Shown in pieces: positions 37,143 through 47,675 of a stretch of DNA of 64,000 nucleotides (positions are counted from its first letter, which is position 1; every line of letters begins with the position of its first letter). The notes beneath the pieces are model-generated. The model searched no databases. It was given only the letters and a program-made list of their open reading frames with translations, and was not told the DNA's origin. The stretch is taken from NCBI GenBank assembly GCA_026395055.1, contig JAPLZK010000004.1:273891-337890 (forward strand), read 5' to 3'. Origin of the DNA: Candidatus Uhrbacteria bacterium (GTDB taxonomy: Bacteria; Patescibacteriota; Patescibacteriia; UBA9934; GWF2-40-263). Position numbers and translations under genes: made by a program.

Positions 37143-37374
37143 ACCGATCAAAAACACGCGTATAAAAAAATACGCGTGTTTTTCTATCCCTAGACAGATT
37201 TCGATTTCGATGGTATATTCATTGTCGCTGACTTGTCTCAAAATAAATTTTCATTCGGATTTGGGGATCTGATCCTCAAATCCATTTCTTGAATGGAACG
37301 AACATTTTGGGATAAGAACGCAAAGATTTATTCTTAGCTTTCTGGGCCCAATTTTTTGTTGCCCAAAATCCCTT

Positions 37375-37962
37375 ATGGAGTTACTTCCTATTATTTCGGA
37401 ATTCACCGGTGAACCAACGGGTGAAATGATCCCTCGCGCAGAAGCGATCGCGCGCGGCATCTGGTGTCAGACCACAAACATTTACGTGCTCAATTCAAAA
37501 GGCGAAGTGCTTTGTCACCAACGCTCTCTTGAGAAAGAACGTCTTGCAGGTGTTTGGATGACACACCTTGGTGGACATGTTGGACATGATGAATCGTATG
37601 AAGAGAACGCACATCGTGAACTCTTTGAGGAATCTGGAATCAAGATGGATGCATCCTCGCTCATTCACTGGCGCACAACAAAACTTGATCGTGCACGCAT
37701 TTGGATTCGTGAGTTTGTGGTCCTGACAGATATTCCGGTACACAAACTCGTTCCACAAAAAGGCGAGGTCGAACAATTTGCGTGGCTCAGTATTGAAGAA
37801 CTCAATGCGCGTAATGCAGCTGAGCCGCACAATTGGTGTGTTGGTACGCATGACTTCTCCATCGAATATCCTTGTCTTCGCGCCGTACTTACGGCTGCAG
37901 AGCAGCATGGAACGATTGAGCCCACACAACCTATTCATACGTGGATGCCGTGCATTGCATAA
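37375..37962 (+). CDS. NUDIX hydrolase (Idi-like)
   Basis: GGHVGHDESYEENAHRELFEESGI Nudix box. Confidence 0.9.
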   Translation: MELLPIISEFTGEPTGEMIPRAEAIARGIWCQTTNIYVLNSKGEVLCHQRSLEKERLAGVWMTHLGGHVGHDESYEENAHRELFEESGIKMDASSLIHWRTTKLDRARIWIREFVVLTDIPVHKLVPQKGEVEQFAWLSIEELNARNAAEPHNWCVGTHDFSIEYPCLRAVLTAAEQHGTIEPTQPIHTWMPCIA

Positions 37963-38094
37963 AACTCCCGAAACGGGAGTTTTTGATTTCGTCAGACGAA
38001 ATCATCCTCCGTAGCTCGTATCGGGCGAAGGACGGGTGGTTTGTGGATAGAGCGACTTGTGAGGATGCACTTCCTCGCGTATGCTTTTTGCATT

Positions 38095-39285
38095 ATGTGC
38101 ATATCGAGGATTCAGTGGATCATCTATCTCTTGCTTCTTGCCGGAATCGGCTTTGTCGCCTGGATGTTTTTGTTGCATACGTCTACCGTGACAGCACCGT
38201 CCACCAGCGAAGTCTCCATAAACGATCGTCATGAGTTGGAATTGCAAGTGCCGCTTGAGAAAACAGTTGATCTACGAAAAGCATTCGCCACAGAAGTGCA
38301 AACACATATCGCATCAAAAAAAGATTTTGATTTGCGATCGATTTACGAATCGTATATCGACAAGATCGGCGCAAACGGAATGATTACGGAAATTCAACGT
38401 ATGGATCCTGTGTGTCACTTTGAAGGGCATGATCTTGGAAAAGTCATCTTTGAAAAGATTGGAACGATCGGTGAGTCGCTCACCATTTGTCAGGATGCGT
38501 GCTACTCGGGTTGCATGCACGGTGTGTTCATGGAAGCATTTAAAAAGAAACAAGAAGAATATTTAAAAACACATCCAGCAAAGCCCGGTGAGGATCCGGA
38601 AGATCGTGAACATATCAACATGGATGTGGTGAAGGAAAGTATTCCGAGTATTTGTGAGGATCCGAGCGTTTCATCATCGTATCGACCAGGAGATTGCGCA
38701 CATGGAGTTGGTCACGCCGTAACATATCTCGCAAATGACGATTGGAAAAAAGCGATCGAGACATGCAATCTCTTCACCAATAAAAAACTCGCATACTATT
38801 GTGCGAGCGGTGCGTACATGGAATACGTGACCATCAAGGGTGCATCAGATATCGTGGATCCAACAAAGAGTTTGTTTTATCCGTGTGACCAAGGCGAATA
38901 TCCGGCGGCGTGTTTCTTTAGTAAAGTTGGCGATGCTATTCGTGCGACGCAGGCGAAAGGGGGAAAATCATCCGATGTGATTCGTGCGTGTTTGAAACTT
39001 CCGGGATTGTATCAGCTTGGATGTTTCCACGGATTCGGCAATGCGTACATTGGACCGTTGCAAGAAGATAAGCTCTCGATCAAGGATTTATGCGCGAATG
39101 GATCTCTCGAAGATCGACAGATGTGCATTGAAGGGGCGATGATGCGTATTGGAAAATATGCTTACGAGAAAGGACAAACGATTTGTTCTACGCAACTCGA
39201 GGGAGTCGATCAAAAAATTTGTCTTGATGCGCTTAGTCAACGCATGTACGGACTTGATCGGCCGTTCGAAAGATATTTGAACTAA
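38095..39285 (+). CDS. Membrane-anchored Cys/His-rich exported protein (paralog of 32336-33376)
   Basis: CHFEGHDLG, CYSGCMHG, CAHGVGH, CASGAYME, CFHGFG. Confidence 0.8.
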   Translation: MCISRIQWIIYLLLLAGIGFVAWMFLLHTSTVTAPSTSEVSINDRHELELQVPLEKTVDLRKAFATEVQTHIASKKDFDLRSIYESYIDKIGANGMITEIQRMDPVCHFEGHDLGKVIFEKIGTIGESLTICQDACYSGCMHGVFMEAFKKKQEEYLKTHPAKPGEDPEDREHINMDVVKESIPSICEDPSVSSSYRPGDCAHGVGHAVTYLANDDWKKAIETCNLFTNKKLAYYCASGAYMEYVTIKGASDIVDPTKSLFYPCDQGEYPAACFFSKVGDAIRATQAKGGKSSDVIRACLKLPGLYQLGCFHGFGNAYIGPLQEDKLSIKDLCANGSLEDRQMCIEGAMMRIGKYAYEKGQTICSTQLEGVDQKICLDALSQRMYGLDRPFERYLN

Positions 39286-39350
39286 TGTGATTACACTCTC
39301 GATTTATCAACCACCAAAATCTGGACCCTAAACAGGGTTGATTTATTGCA

Positions 39351-39378
39351 GATAGGACAGGTCGCGACCTGTCCCTAC
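39351..39378. repeat. GTAG-family REP-like palindrome
   Basis: GGACAGGTCGCGACCTGTCC-CTAC. Confidence 0.65.
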
Positions 39379-39435
39379 AAAATATTTAAATCCTGTTTTC
39401 AAAACCGTTTGCTATCGCAAGCGGTTTTCTATTCT

Positions 39436-40506
39436 ATGCAACAATGGCAAATTGAATTACAAAATTGTGTGCGCACGGTAGATGAGCTCGAACAGTATCT
39501 TTCCATCGAAAATAAAGATCGTGTGCGTGAGGTGCTCGCGAACATGCGACTCTCGATTACGCCGCATACCTTAAATCTGATCGATTTCAAAAATCCAAAC
39601 GATCCGATTCTTCTCATGTGTGTTCCGTCTGATAAAGAATTGCGATTCTCACCCGAAGAACGTGTTGACCCGATCGGCGACGAAGCAAAATCACCGATTC
39701 CATTTCTCACACATCGCTATCCAGATCGTGTGCTCGTCTACGCAACATTTTTCTGTTCGCTCTTTTGTCGATTTTGTTTTCGTCGAACAAAGACAGGTGA
39801 GGCAACTCCGGGGCCGTCTGTCGAGGATCGCGATCGTATCGTTCAGTACCTCGAAAAACATCCGGAGGTCGACGAAGTTATTTTGACGGGCGGAGATCCG
39901 CTTACGCTTCTCGATGATCAACTCGAGGATTGGTTTTCTCGATTGCGATCCGTGCCGACTGTTTCTCGAATACGCGTTCATACACGCGTCCCTGTGAATC
40001 TTCCGTCGCGCATCACGAATTCGCTTATCGAGATGTTTCGAAGATACTCGGACGCAACACATCCAATCTACATCGTCACGCACTTTAATCACCCGCGGGA
40101 GATTGCGGCGGAGAATATTGAGGCGATTGCAAAACTTGTCGATGCCGGAATTGTTGTGCGCAATCAAGGTCCGTTGCTTCGCGGAGTGAATGATGATCCT
40201 GTGATTCTCGAGATGCTGTTCAAGAAGCTCGCGAACATTCGCGTCGTTCCGTATTACTTACATCAACTCGATCTCGCGAAGGGGACAAATCATTTTCGTG
40301 TGCCAATCGAGCGTGGAATCGAGATCATGCGCGAACTGCAAGGTCAAGTGACGGGAATTGCGTTGCCGCGATACGTTGTCGATCTACCAGGCGGAAAAGG
40401 GAAGGTTCCGCTTATGCATCGATATACACAAAAACAAACGGACTCGAATTATACGATCGAGAGTCCGTTTGGAGAATGTGTTGAATATCATGAGCCGAAT
40501 GATTGA
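39436..40506 (+). CDS. KamA-family radical SAM protein (lysine 2,3-aminomutase/EpmB-like)
   Basis: THRYPDRVL, CSLFCRFCFRR, TGGDPL, HFNHPRE, LLRGVND, PGGKGKVP. Confidence 0.92.
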   Translation: MQQWQIELQNCVRTVDELEQYLSIENKDRVREVLANMRLSITPHTLNLIDFKNPNDPILLMCVPSDKELRFSPEERVDPIGDEAKSPIPFLTHRYPDRVLVYATFFCSLFCRFCFRRTKTGEATPGPSVEDRDRIVQYLEKHPEVDEVILTGGDPLTLLDDQLEDWFSRLRSVPTVSRIRVHTRVPVNLPSRITNSLIEMFRRYSDATHPIYIVTHFNHPREIAAENIEAIAKLVDAGIVVRNQGPLLRGVNDDPVILEMLFKKLANIRVVPYYLHQLDLAKGTNHFRVPIERGIEIMRELQGQVTGIALPRYVVDLPGGKGKVPLMHRYTQKQTDSNYTIESPFGECVEYHEPND

Positions 40507-40604
40507 CAATTCGGCTATTTCTGTTACCCTTCGTCCAGTTCTTTACGAGTGTTCACTTCGACAAGCTCAGTATCTACGGCGCTTAGCGCCTTTGAGGGGG
40601 AATC

Positions 40605-41522
40605 ATGTTGCCAGCATTGCGTCGTGTGTCTGATCGGCTTTCTACGGAGATGAATGCTTGGCTCGGGGTTCGCGAGAATCTTGGTTTCAAAGTCATCTCC
40701 TACATGAAACCAGAAACGCTTGAAGTGCATTTTGGAACAGACGCGAGTGTGACACAGGTTGCACCGCGGGGAATTTCAGAAAAGATTCTTGAAGCGATTC
40801 AGAAGCATCGAAACATTTCGACAATCTTTGTCAGAGATCCAAAGGTTTCGGAGCATGTTGCGTACGTGATCACGATCGATCTGGATCGTGGGCGCGTGGA
40901 TCGCGAACGATCTTCGTGGCAGTTGCTCGAGGATCGATGGGGATGGCGACGTGGTTTGCCGCAAAAGGAAGATGTGCCGACGTACGAAGGTCGGGATTAT
41001 CACGTAAGCCTTTTCGATTTTCTGCACGCGTTTGCCATGCTTGCCGTGGATCCGTTGCAGCAACAGTATCGCCGCGCGTTCCTTACGCGACAAGCAAGGA
41101 TCACGAAAGGATTCGGTCATAGTCAACGATTCGAATCGCTCATCTCGTGTCTTGCCTCGCAACTGGATCCGGAAACGTGTGTCTTGTTCATGCGTGCCAT
41201 GCACGAGCTTTGGAAGCATGAAGAGCACATGAATCGTTCTGTGAGTTTTGAGGAAGCACAAGAGGTTCTCTCTTCTGCGCGAATTGAAGCGCAAGAATAC
41301 GATCACAACAATCAGTTTTGGGAGATGCATGACTTTGGCCCTGAGGTAGCGGGCCGATCTTGGTTCAATGATATGGGGGATCGTATTGCCTCTGCGACTG
41401 TTTACGGAGACGGAGCGAATCCCGCATCCGGAAAAACGGAAATACGCGTTTGGGTGTACCGTTCGTTGTTCGTTCAAGAACAGGCACGTGTACTCATGAA
41501 GTGTTTTGCGTCGAAGAAGTAA
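40605..41522 (+). CDS. Orphan protein, tandem paralog 1
   Basis: SD, own promoter; YVITIDLDR.RVDR and QLDPETC shared with the next gene. Confidence 0.8.
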   Translation: MLPALRRVSDRLSTEMNAWLGVRENLGFKVISYMKPETLEVHFGTDASVTQVAPRGISEKILEAIQKHRNISTIFVRDPKVSEHVAYVITIDLDRGRVDRERSSWQLLEDRWGWRRGLPQKEDVPTYEGRDYHVSLFDFLHAFAMLAVDPLQQQYRRAFLTRQARITKGFGHSQRFESLISCLASQLDPETCVLFMRAMHELWKHEEHMNRSVSFEEAQEVLSSARIEAQEYDHNNQFWEMHDFGPEVAGRSWFNDMGDRIASATVYGDGANPASGKTEIRVWVYRSLFVQEQARVLMKCFASKK

Positions 41523-41687
41523 AATCTTGCCATCTTATGCGAACGCACTGGATGGTTTTTTGTTTACAAGCCTTCTCGCGAATATTGACAGGACAGGTAT
41601 TTCTGATACGCTGCGCGCAGTTCTTTTGCGAGTGCTCACTTCGACAGGCTCAGTATCTACGGCGCTTAGCGCCTTCGAGGAGGAATC

Positions 41688-42653
41688 ATGTTGTCATCAT
41701 TGCGTCGTATTTCTGATCGATTTGTGTCCGAGGCCTCGGCCTGGCTCGGCGCGCATGAGAGGCTCACGTTTGAAGTGGTGCGTTGTGTGAAGGGGGATGA
41801 TCTCGAAAGGTATTTTGCCAATTTTCCAGATCCGCACGTCATGCTTCGTCGCGTTTTGCCAAACGGCATCTCTCAGCAATTGATCAGGGCGGGACAGAAG
41901 GGTCGAAAGATTCTCTGTATGTTCATGATTGATTTGAAAGGTGCGATTGGTGATGAATACGTGATCACGATCGACATGGACCGCCGGCGTGTTGATCGCA
42001 AATTGTCCTCGCCTGAGTTGCTCTTGGATCCGTGGTTCAAACCGCGTGATGAGCCATGGTTTGGCGAGCTGGTCTATTCTGCGGATGTACGCCACTCGGA
42101 ACTGATAGATCTGCTCGACATACCTTTTGTGGGTCTTGGTGGTCGGCCGTTTCGTAGCCACTACGAACATCGGTTTTTCAAACGACAAAATCAGATCAGT
42201 GAATCATTTGGCTACAGTCGTCGGTTCGCTTCGCTCTTTTCGCGCCTGGCACCGCAACTGGATCCAGAAACGTGTTTACTTTTTCGCCGCGCCCTTGGAA
42301 ATCTTTGGACACACGAACAATGGATGCGTCGCAAGGTTGATCTCGTGGACGCGGAACGTGCGTTGTCCGAAGCACACCTCGATGTGACGTTTGTTTGTCT
42401 GAAAGATCATGGTTACTTTCAGGACGAAATGCTTACGCAAGTGTGTATCTGGACGGATGCCGATGAAAACGTGATTGCACAAGCGGAAGTCAGCTGCAAC
42501 GATTACGGTGTTGATCGAAAGCCGTACGCCTCCGTATATGTCTTTGGAAGTTCATTTGGTCGCGAGGACGGAATTCGTTTACTAAATTGTTTCAAGGACA
42601 AAACGGAAACCAATCTGCGCAATGAAACAAATCCTGTGTTGAAGTGGAAATAA
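41688..42653 (+). CDS. Orphan protein, tandem paralog 2
   Basis: GAGGAGG SD; YVITIDMDRRRVDR, QLDPETC. Confidence 0.8.
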   Translation: MLSSLRRISDRFVSEASAWLGAHERLTFEVVRCVKGDDLERYFANFPDPHVMLRRVLPNGISQQLIRAGQKGRKILCMFMIDLKGAIGDEYVITIDMDRRRVDRKLSSPELLLDPWFKPRDEPWFGELVYSADVRHSELIDLLDIPFVGLGGRPFRSHYEHRFFKRQNQISESFGYSRRFASLFSRLAPQLDPETCLLFRRALGNLWTHEQWMRRKVDLVDAERALSEAHLDVTFVCLKDHGYFQDEMLTQVCIWTDADENVIAQAEVSCNDYGVDRKPYASVYVFGSSFGREDGIRLLNCFKDKTETNLRNETNPVLKWK

Positions 42654-42746
42654 AAAGCTCGCCATCCTGAATTGAAGGATGGTTTTTTGTTTCTTACAAA
42701 ATAAAATACCGCGCAGCAAAGTTGCTGTGCGGCAAGAGAATGGGAA

Positions 42747-43367
42747 TCACTTGACGATCGGTTCGCCGGGGTGAGTCCAGTCGAAGAAGACAGCTTCGGT
42801 CGCAGGAATACTGCGCGGGGAGTGACGCCAGCCCATCGGGACGTTTTCGCCTGGGTAGATGGTTTGCACTTTCACGAGCCACTTGTCTTTGCCTTCCGGA
42901 TCCGAGAACCCGAGAGCAAAGGTGATTTGCTTCGTCGGCTTCGCGAGAACGGCTTTGTCCGTGACCTTGTAGGCCTCGGTGTAGTCGTTCGGCGCGAAGA
43001 ACGCTACTTCCGTGCCTTCGGGCAGTTCCGAAATCGGACACGTCGAGCTCCAGCCGATGAGGTGGGTGTGATCGATTGTGATGCGATGATTCGGATTCTG
43101 TTTGCCTTCGGCCTTGAGTTCCGTGATCATTTCGAGGATCTCGCCGAAGAGCTGTTCGCGAACGAGCGTGTCCGCGAGCAAATTTTTGAGTGACTCCCAC
43201 AAGTGGAAGTTGCCGGAAAGGGGCTTGCCGCGTCCACGGAAGCATGTCGTATTCAGACGTCCTTCCTGCTTTTGCGGCAGGACGATCGTGAACGGCATGA
43301 GCGGAATGCTGGCTTTGAGGATAGGTTTCGCTTTGGTGACGTCATCGAGGGAAATGCGCAAGTCCAT
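42747..43367 (-). CDS. Hypothetical protein
   Basis: GAGG SD before MDLRISL, GC3-rich codons, own promoter. Confidence 0.75.
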   Translation of the reverse strand: MDLRISLDDVTKAKPILKASIPLMPFTIVLPQKQEGRLNTTCFRGRGKPLSGNFHLWESLKNLLADTLVREQLFGEILEMITELKAEGKQNPNHRITIDHTHLIGWSSTCPISELPEGTEVAFFAPNDYTEAYKVTDKAVLAKPTKQITFALGFSDPEGKDKWLVKVQTIYPGENVPMGWRHSPRSIPATEAVFFDWTHPGEPIVK

Positions 43368-43441
43368 GCTGCCTCTTTTTGGTGTCCGTAAGGACGTTGT
43401 AGGGAATCGGAACGAACCAGTTTCATACTTTGAAACGCCGA

Positions 43442-43529
43442 AGAATATCACAAAATGACGATTTTGTCAATCCTTGATTCTTTGTTTTGACCGGGAATCA
43501 TTGACAAAATCGTATTTTTGTGGTATTCT
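43442..43529. promoter_or_regulatory. Back-to-back near-identical divergent sigma70 promoters
   Basis: TTGACAAAATCGT..TTTTGTG.TATTCT on both strands (43442-43470 minus, 43501-43529 plus). Confidence 0.7.
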
Positions 43530-43584
43530 CCCGCCTCATCACTGTGATGGGAAAGGCTCGAAACAACAGAGGAGGAGGTAAGTC

Positions 43585-44775
43585 ATGCCGTGCTGTGAAT
43601 TGAAGACGAATGGAATTCCCGTGAAGCTGTGGGTCCCGAACTTGGGCGATGTCGAATCGGTTGCGCTTGATCAGTTGCGCAACATTGCTCGGTTGCCGTG
43701 GGCTGTTCATCACGTTGCGGTCATGCCGGACGTGCATTTTGGAAAGGGTGCGACCGTTGGTTCGGTCGTTGCCATGCGCGGGGCGGTTTCGCCTGCGGCG
43801 GTCGGTGTAGACATTGGTTGCGGGATGGGGGCGGTGAAGACCAATCTCAATGCACGCGATTTGCCGATGTCGCTTCGCGAGATTCGTCTTGCGATCGAGG
43901 CGGATATTCCGGTCGGCATGACGGCCAATGAGCGTCCGATTTTTTCGGAGGGCAGCGCGGAAACGCGTAAGCAGTCGCTCTTGCTTCTGGATCGCTTCGG
44001 CGATTTGGATCCGCGTCACGGCGCAAAGCGTGATCGTGTTGCGTGCCAACTGGGTACGCTCGGTGGCGGTAACCACTTTATCGAGCTCTGTCTCGACACC
44101 GATGAGAACGTGTGGCTCATGTTGCACTCTGGAAGCCGCAATATTGGAAAGGTCCTTGCGGAAATTCACATTACGACGGCAAAGACGCTCGCTCACAACG
44201 AGCATCTGCCGGATCCGGATTTGGCGGTGTTCCTCTCGGGGACGCCGGAGATGGCGGCTTACCGTCACGATCTGTTCTGGGCACAGACCTACGCGATGTT
44301 GAATCGTACGGTCATGCTCGAGCGGTATCAAAACATCATGCGGCGATTTTTCCCGCATGTTCAATTCGAAATGGCGGTGCTCTGTCACCACAACTACGTT
44401 TCGGAGGAAATGCACTTCGGCGAAGAGCTGGTCGTTACTCGAAAGGGAGCGATTCGCGCGGGCCTGGGTGAACTCGGGATCATTCCCAGCTCGATGGGAA
44501 CGAAGAGTTACATTGTGCGCGGACTTGGTAATCCGGAATCCTATTGTTCTGCTTCTCACGGCGCTGGTCGTCGATTGAGCCGCGGAGCTGCAAAGCGTCA
44601 GTTCACCCTGCAGGATCTGGTTCGTCAGACGGAAGGGGTGGAATGCCGTAAGGATGTGAGCGTGATTGATGAAATCCCGGGCGCGTACAAGAAGATTGAT
44701 GAAGTCATGGCAAATCAAGCGGACCTCGTCGAAATCGTTGCGGAACTGAAGCAAGTTCTTTGTGTGAAGGGTTAG
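43585..44775 (+). CDS. rtcB: RNA ligase RtcB
   Basis: MPDVH, VGVDIGCG, GTLGGGNHF, HSGSR, HHNY, SHGAGR, DEIPGAYK. Confidence 0.96.
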   Translation: MPCCELKTNGIPVKLWVPNLGDVESVALDQLRNIARLPWAVHHVAVMPDVHFGKGATVGSVVAMRGAVSPAAVGVDIGCGMGAVKTNLNARDLPMSLREIRLAIEADIPVGMTANERPIFSEGSAETRKQSLLLLDRFGDLDPRHGAKRDRVACQLGTLGGGNHFIELCLDTDENVWLMLHSGSRNIGKVLAEIHITTAKTLAHNEHLPDPDLAVFLSGTPEMAAYRHDLFWAQTYAMLNRTVMLERYQNIMRRFFPHVQFEMAVLCHHNYVSEEMHFGEELVVTRKGAIRAGLGELGIIPSSMGTKSYIVRGLGNPESYCSASHGAGRRLSRGAAKRQFTLQDLVRQTEGVECRKDVSVIDEIPGAYKKIDEVMANQADLVEIVAELKQVLCVKG

Positions 44776-44813
44776 TAGTTCTCGCCCCGGCAATTCATTG
44801 CCGGGGTTTTTCT

Positions 44814-46967
44814 TTACAAAAATAATCGTGCAATCCGTAGTTCCTCGTATGTGTACTTCTCTTTGAGAATATTAAATACAGCCGTTAACAATTTTGTGGG
44901 CGATGCTTGAAAAGCTTTTTCGATTTCGTCGAATTGTTTTGCGGGCGGTTTTAAGTGCATGACATCTAAGTCTGGATCTTCTTCGACGAGCTTCAAGATA
45001 TGTTGTACGACCGTGCTCTTATTCAACATGCGTTCCTTTGCGATTTGTTCGATGGTCATTTTTTTTTCGAGGAGCTCGCGTGTTTTTTGAAACGTAGAAC
45101 TATCGCGCGTTACACTCGACGCACGTACAGGCGGAGCATCAACATCCGTGTCTTGTGTGCGCTCTGCAAGGTTGTGCGCCTTGGCATACACTTGTACGAG
45201 CAACAAGAATTGTGCGCCGAATTGTTTCAGCTTGCGCTCACCAACTCCAAAGATCTTGCCGAAGCTTTGGAGAGTTTGTGGAAGATAATACGCGATCTCT
45301 TGAAGGGTTTTGTCACCAAAGATAACAAATGGTGGAACGTTTTGTTCTTCCGCGATGGATCTTCGAAGTGCGCGTAGCTGCTCGAACAAAGCGTTTTCAT
45401 ATGGTAATGCATTCTCATTCACACCTTTTTTCGGCGCAACGGATACGGCAAACGTTTTTGGTTTTGGAAGAAGAATGACTTCGCGATCTCGAAGTGCCGC
45501 TTTTCCCATAGGGCTCACGCCGATGGTGGGGAACTCACCCATTTGTTTTATGAGATATTTTTTGAGTAACAATAAATCCATGTACTCACGCAGTTGTTGA
45601 AGCGGAATATTTTTTGCCACGCCGTAGACAGAAAGATTCTCGTGATTGTTTTCAAGAATCTTTTTTTGTTTGGAACCTCTGAGGATATCGCAAATGTATG
45701 CGAGTCCAAAGCGTTCGCCAGTTCGGAGAACAGCAGAAAGAATTTTTTGTGAGACCTCGGTGGCATCATGAATCTCTGCTGGTTCATTCGAGCAGTTATC
45801 ACATGTTCCACAGTTTTCTTTTTCGACGGGTTCGCCGAAATATTCGAGAAGGAATTTTCTTCGGCATGATCTTAATTCGCCGTACTCGATGACCTGAGAA
45901 AGTTTTTTCTCGGCGAGTGCACGTTCGCGAGCGTCATCAATCTGCTGAATAAAGAAATCCTGTTTGCGCTTATCTCCATATGAGTAGAACAAAACACAAT
46001 CGCTTGGAAGACTGTCGCGACCTGCACGTCCGGTTTCTTGGTAGTAGCCTTCTACGGTCTTTGGAAGATCCATGTGAACAACTAATCGGACATCTGGTTT
46101 GTCAATTCCCATTCCAAAGGCGATTGTTGCAACAATGATGGAGACTTGGTCGCGAATGAATCGTTCTTGGGTTTTTGACCGGACATCCGCCGAGAGTCCG
46201 GCGTGATATGCCGCGGATTTAAATCCGGCTTTATTCAGATCATCTGCGAGAGACTCTGTGTCTTTTCTGGAAAAACAATAAATAATAATGGATTCACCTT
46301 TGCGTTCTTTTAAAAGCGCGACGAGTTGTGCGAAGGATTGGAGTTTTGGTTTGACGGTGTAGTGAAGATTTGGACGGTTGTGGCTCGACAAGAATACAAA
46401 TGCGTCTGGCATGTCCAGCTCGGCGAGAATATCTGTACGAACGCGCATGGTGGCAGTTGCGGTGAGTGCAACAACGGGAACATTTGGAAATGAGCGTTTT
46501 AATTCTTTGAGGTTGCGGTACTCTGGGCGAAAGTCGTGGCCCCATTCGGAAATACAGTGAGCTTCATCAATGGCGAGAAGACTGACGCGAAGTGATCGCA
46601 AAAATAATTGAAACTCTACGCGAGCCAAACGCTCTGGGGCGATGTATAAGATTTTCAATGCACCTGAACGTGCTTCTGCCTGAATGTCTTCAATCTCTTC
46701 TGAATCAAGAGAGCTATTTAAATACGCTGCGTTGATTCCGTTTGCACGTAACGTGTCTACCTGGTCTTTCATGAGGGCAATAAGAGGGGAGATCACAATG
46801 GTGATTCCTTCAAACATTAAAGCAGGTAATTGGAAACACAAAGATTTTCCTCCGCCGGTTGGCATAAGGACAAGCGTGTTCTTTTTTTCAAGGATATTCA
46901 AAATGATTTCTTCCTGTAGGGGACGGAAGGCATCGTATCCAAAATAAGTCTTGAGGGTATTGTGCAT
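44814..46967 (-). CDS. recQ: ATP-dependent DNA helicase RecQ (RQC, HRDC and C-terminal HTH)
   Basis: [39 protein letters not shown]. Confidence 0.97.
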   Translation of the reverse strand: MHNTLKTYFGYDAFRPLQEEIILNILEKKNTLVLMPTGGGKSLCFQLPALMFEGITIVISPLIALMKDQVDTLRANGINAAYLNSSLDSEEIEDIQAEARSGALKILYIAPERLARVEFQLFLRSLRVSLLAIDEAHCISEWGHDFRPEYRNLKELKRSFPNVPVVALTATATMRVRTDILAELDMPDAFVFLSSHNRPNLHYTVKPKLQSFAQLVALLKERKGESIIIYCFSRKDTESLADDLNKAGFKSAAYHAGLSADVRSKTQERFIRDQVSIIVATIAFGMGIDKPDVRLVVHMDLPKTVEGYYQETGRAGRDSLPSDCVLFYSYGDKRKQDFFIQQIDDARERALAEKKLSQVIEYGELRSCRRKFLLEYFGEPVEKENCGTCDNCSNEPAEIHDATEVSQKILSAVLRTGERFGLAYICDILRGSKQKKILENNHENLSVYGVAKNIPLQQLREYMDLLLLKKYLIKQMGEFPTIGVSPMGKAALRDREVILLPKPKTFAVSVAPKKGVNENALPYENALFEQLRALRRSIAEEQNVPPFVIFGDKTLQEIAYYLPQTLQSFGKIFGVGERKLKQFGAQFLLLVQVYAKAHNLAERTQDTDVDAPPVRASSVTRDSSTFQKTRELLEKKMTIEQIAKERMLNKSTVVQHILKLVEEDPDLDVMHLKPPAKQFDEIEKAFQASPTKLLTAVFNILKEKYTYEELRIARLFL

Positions 46968-47113
46968 AAAAAATACGCCTGCGTTGCCGCATGGCGTTTT
47001 GAAAACTCTTTTATAGATTGAGTTTAGAAAAAAAAATGGGTTTTGTCAAACGTGTTGTGGAAAACTATTTTTTGTTTGCGTGATCCGTGTATCTGGCCTA
47101 AAATAGACATAAT

Positions 47114-47413
47114 ATGTACCAACTTATTTCAAAAGAAACATTAAAAGAATGGATTGCATCGCACGAACAATTCGTCTTATTGGATGTTCGGGGAGAGGAC
47201 GAATGGAAAGCAGGACACATCGGAGGATCTGTCTTGATGCCACATTGGTTTGTTGCCTTAAAAATTGGAGATCTCGTTCCAGATAAAAACACAAAGATCG
47301 TTACGTATTGTCTGAGCGGAGGAAGATCTTCTCTTGCGGCAAAAACACTTACAGATATGGGGTACGCAAATGTCTGGAATTTAGATGGAGGATACAGTGC
47401 ATTTTTAGGATAA
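47114..47413 (+). CDS. Rhodanese-like domain protein
   Basis: LDVR..EW.AGHI.GS, YCLSGGRS, LDGGY. Confidence 0.93.
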   Translation: MYQLISKETLKEWIASHEQFVLLDVRGEDEWKAGHIGGSVLMPHWFVALKIGDLVPDKNTKIVTYCLSGGRSSLAAKTLTDMGYANVWNLDGGYSAFLG

Positions 47414-47468
47414 AACAAAAACACGCCAGGTAAACTGGTGTGTTTTTGTTTTTTGATCCGAAGATCAA

Positions 47469-47588
47469 TTACGCTGCAACTTCTTCAACAACTTCTTCTG
47501 CTTCTGGAGCTGTTTCTTCTGTTGTAGCTTCTTCTGTCGTTTCTTCTGCGTCTGCAACAACCACGTCTTCTGTTGTTTCGTCTTGCAT
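47469..47588 (-). CDS. Small highly acidic protein, 39 aa (MQDETTEDVVVADAEETTEEATTEETAPEAEEVVEEVAA)
   Basis: GAA/ACA/GCA codon periodicity, TATG start context, TTGACA upstream, terminator downstream. Confidence 0.65.
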   Translation of the reverse strand: MQDETTEDVVVADAEETTEEATTEETAPEAEEVVEEVAA

Positions 47589-47675
47589 AATGTTTCGATG
47601 CATGAATGAGGGTGCAAGTGTGTCACGGATGAGAGGATGTGTCAATGAAAAAGCCTCGCGTCGAGTGACGAGAGG

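Noticed and set aside
43498-44793. 431-aa antisense ORF over rtcB, and similar antisense ORFs over other genes
   Set aside because: Shadow frames of well-supported genes.
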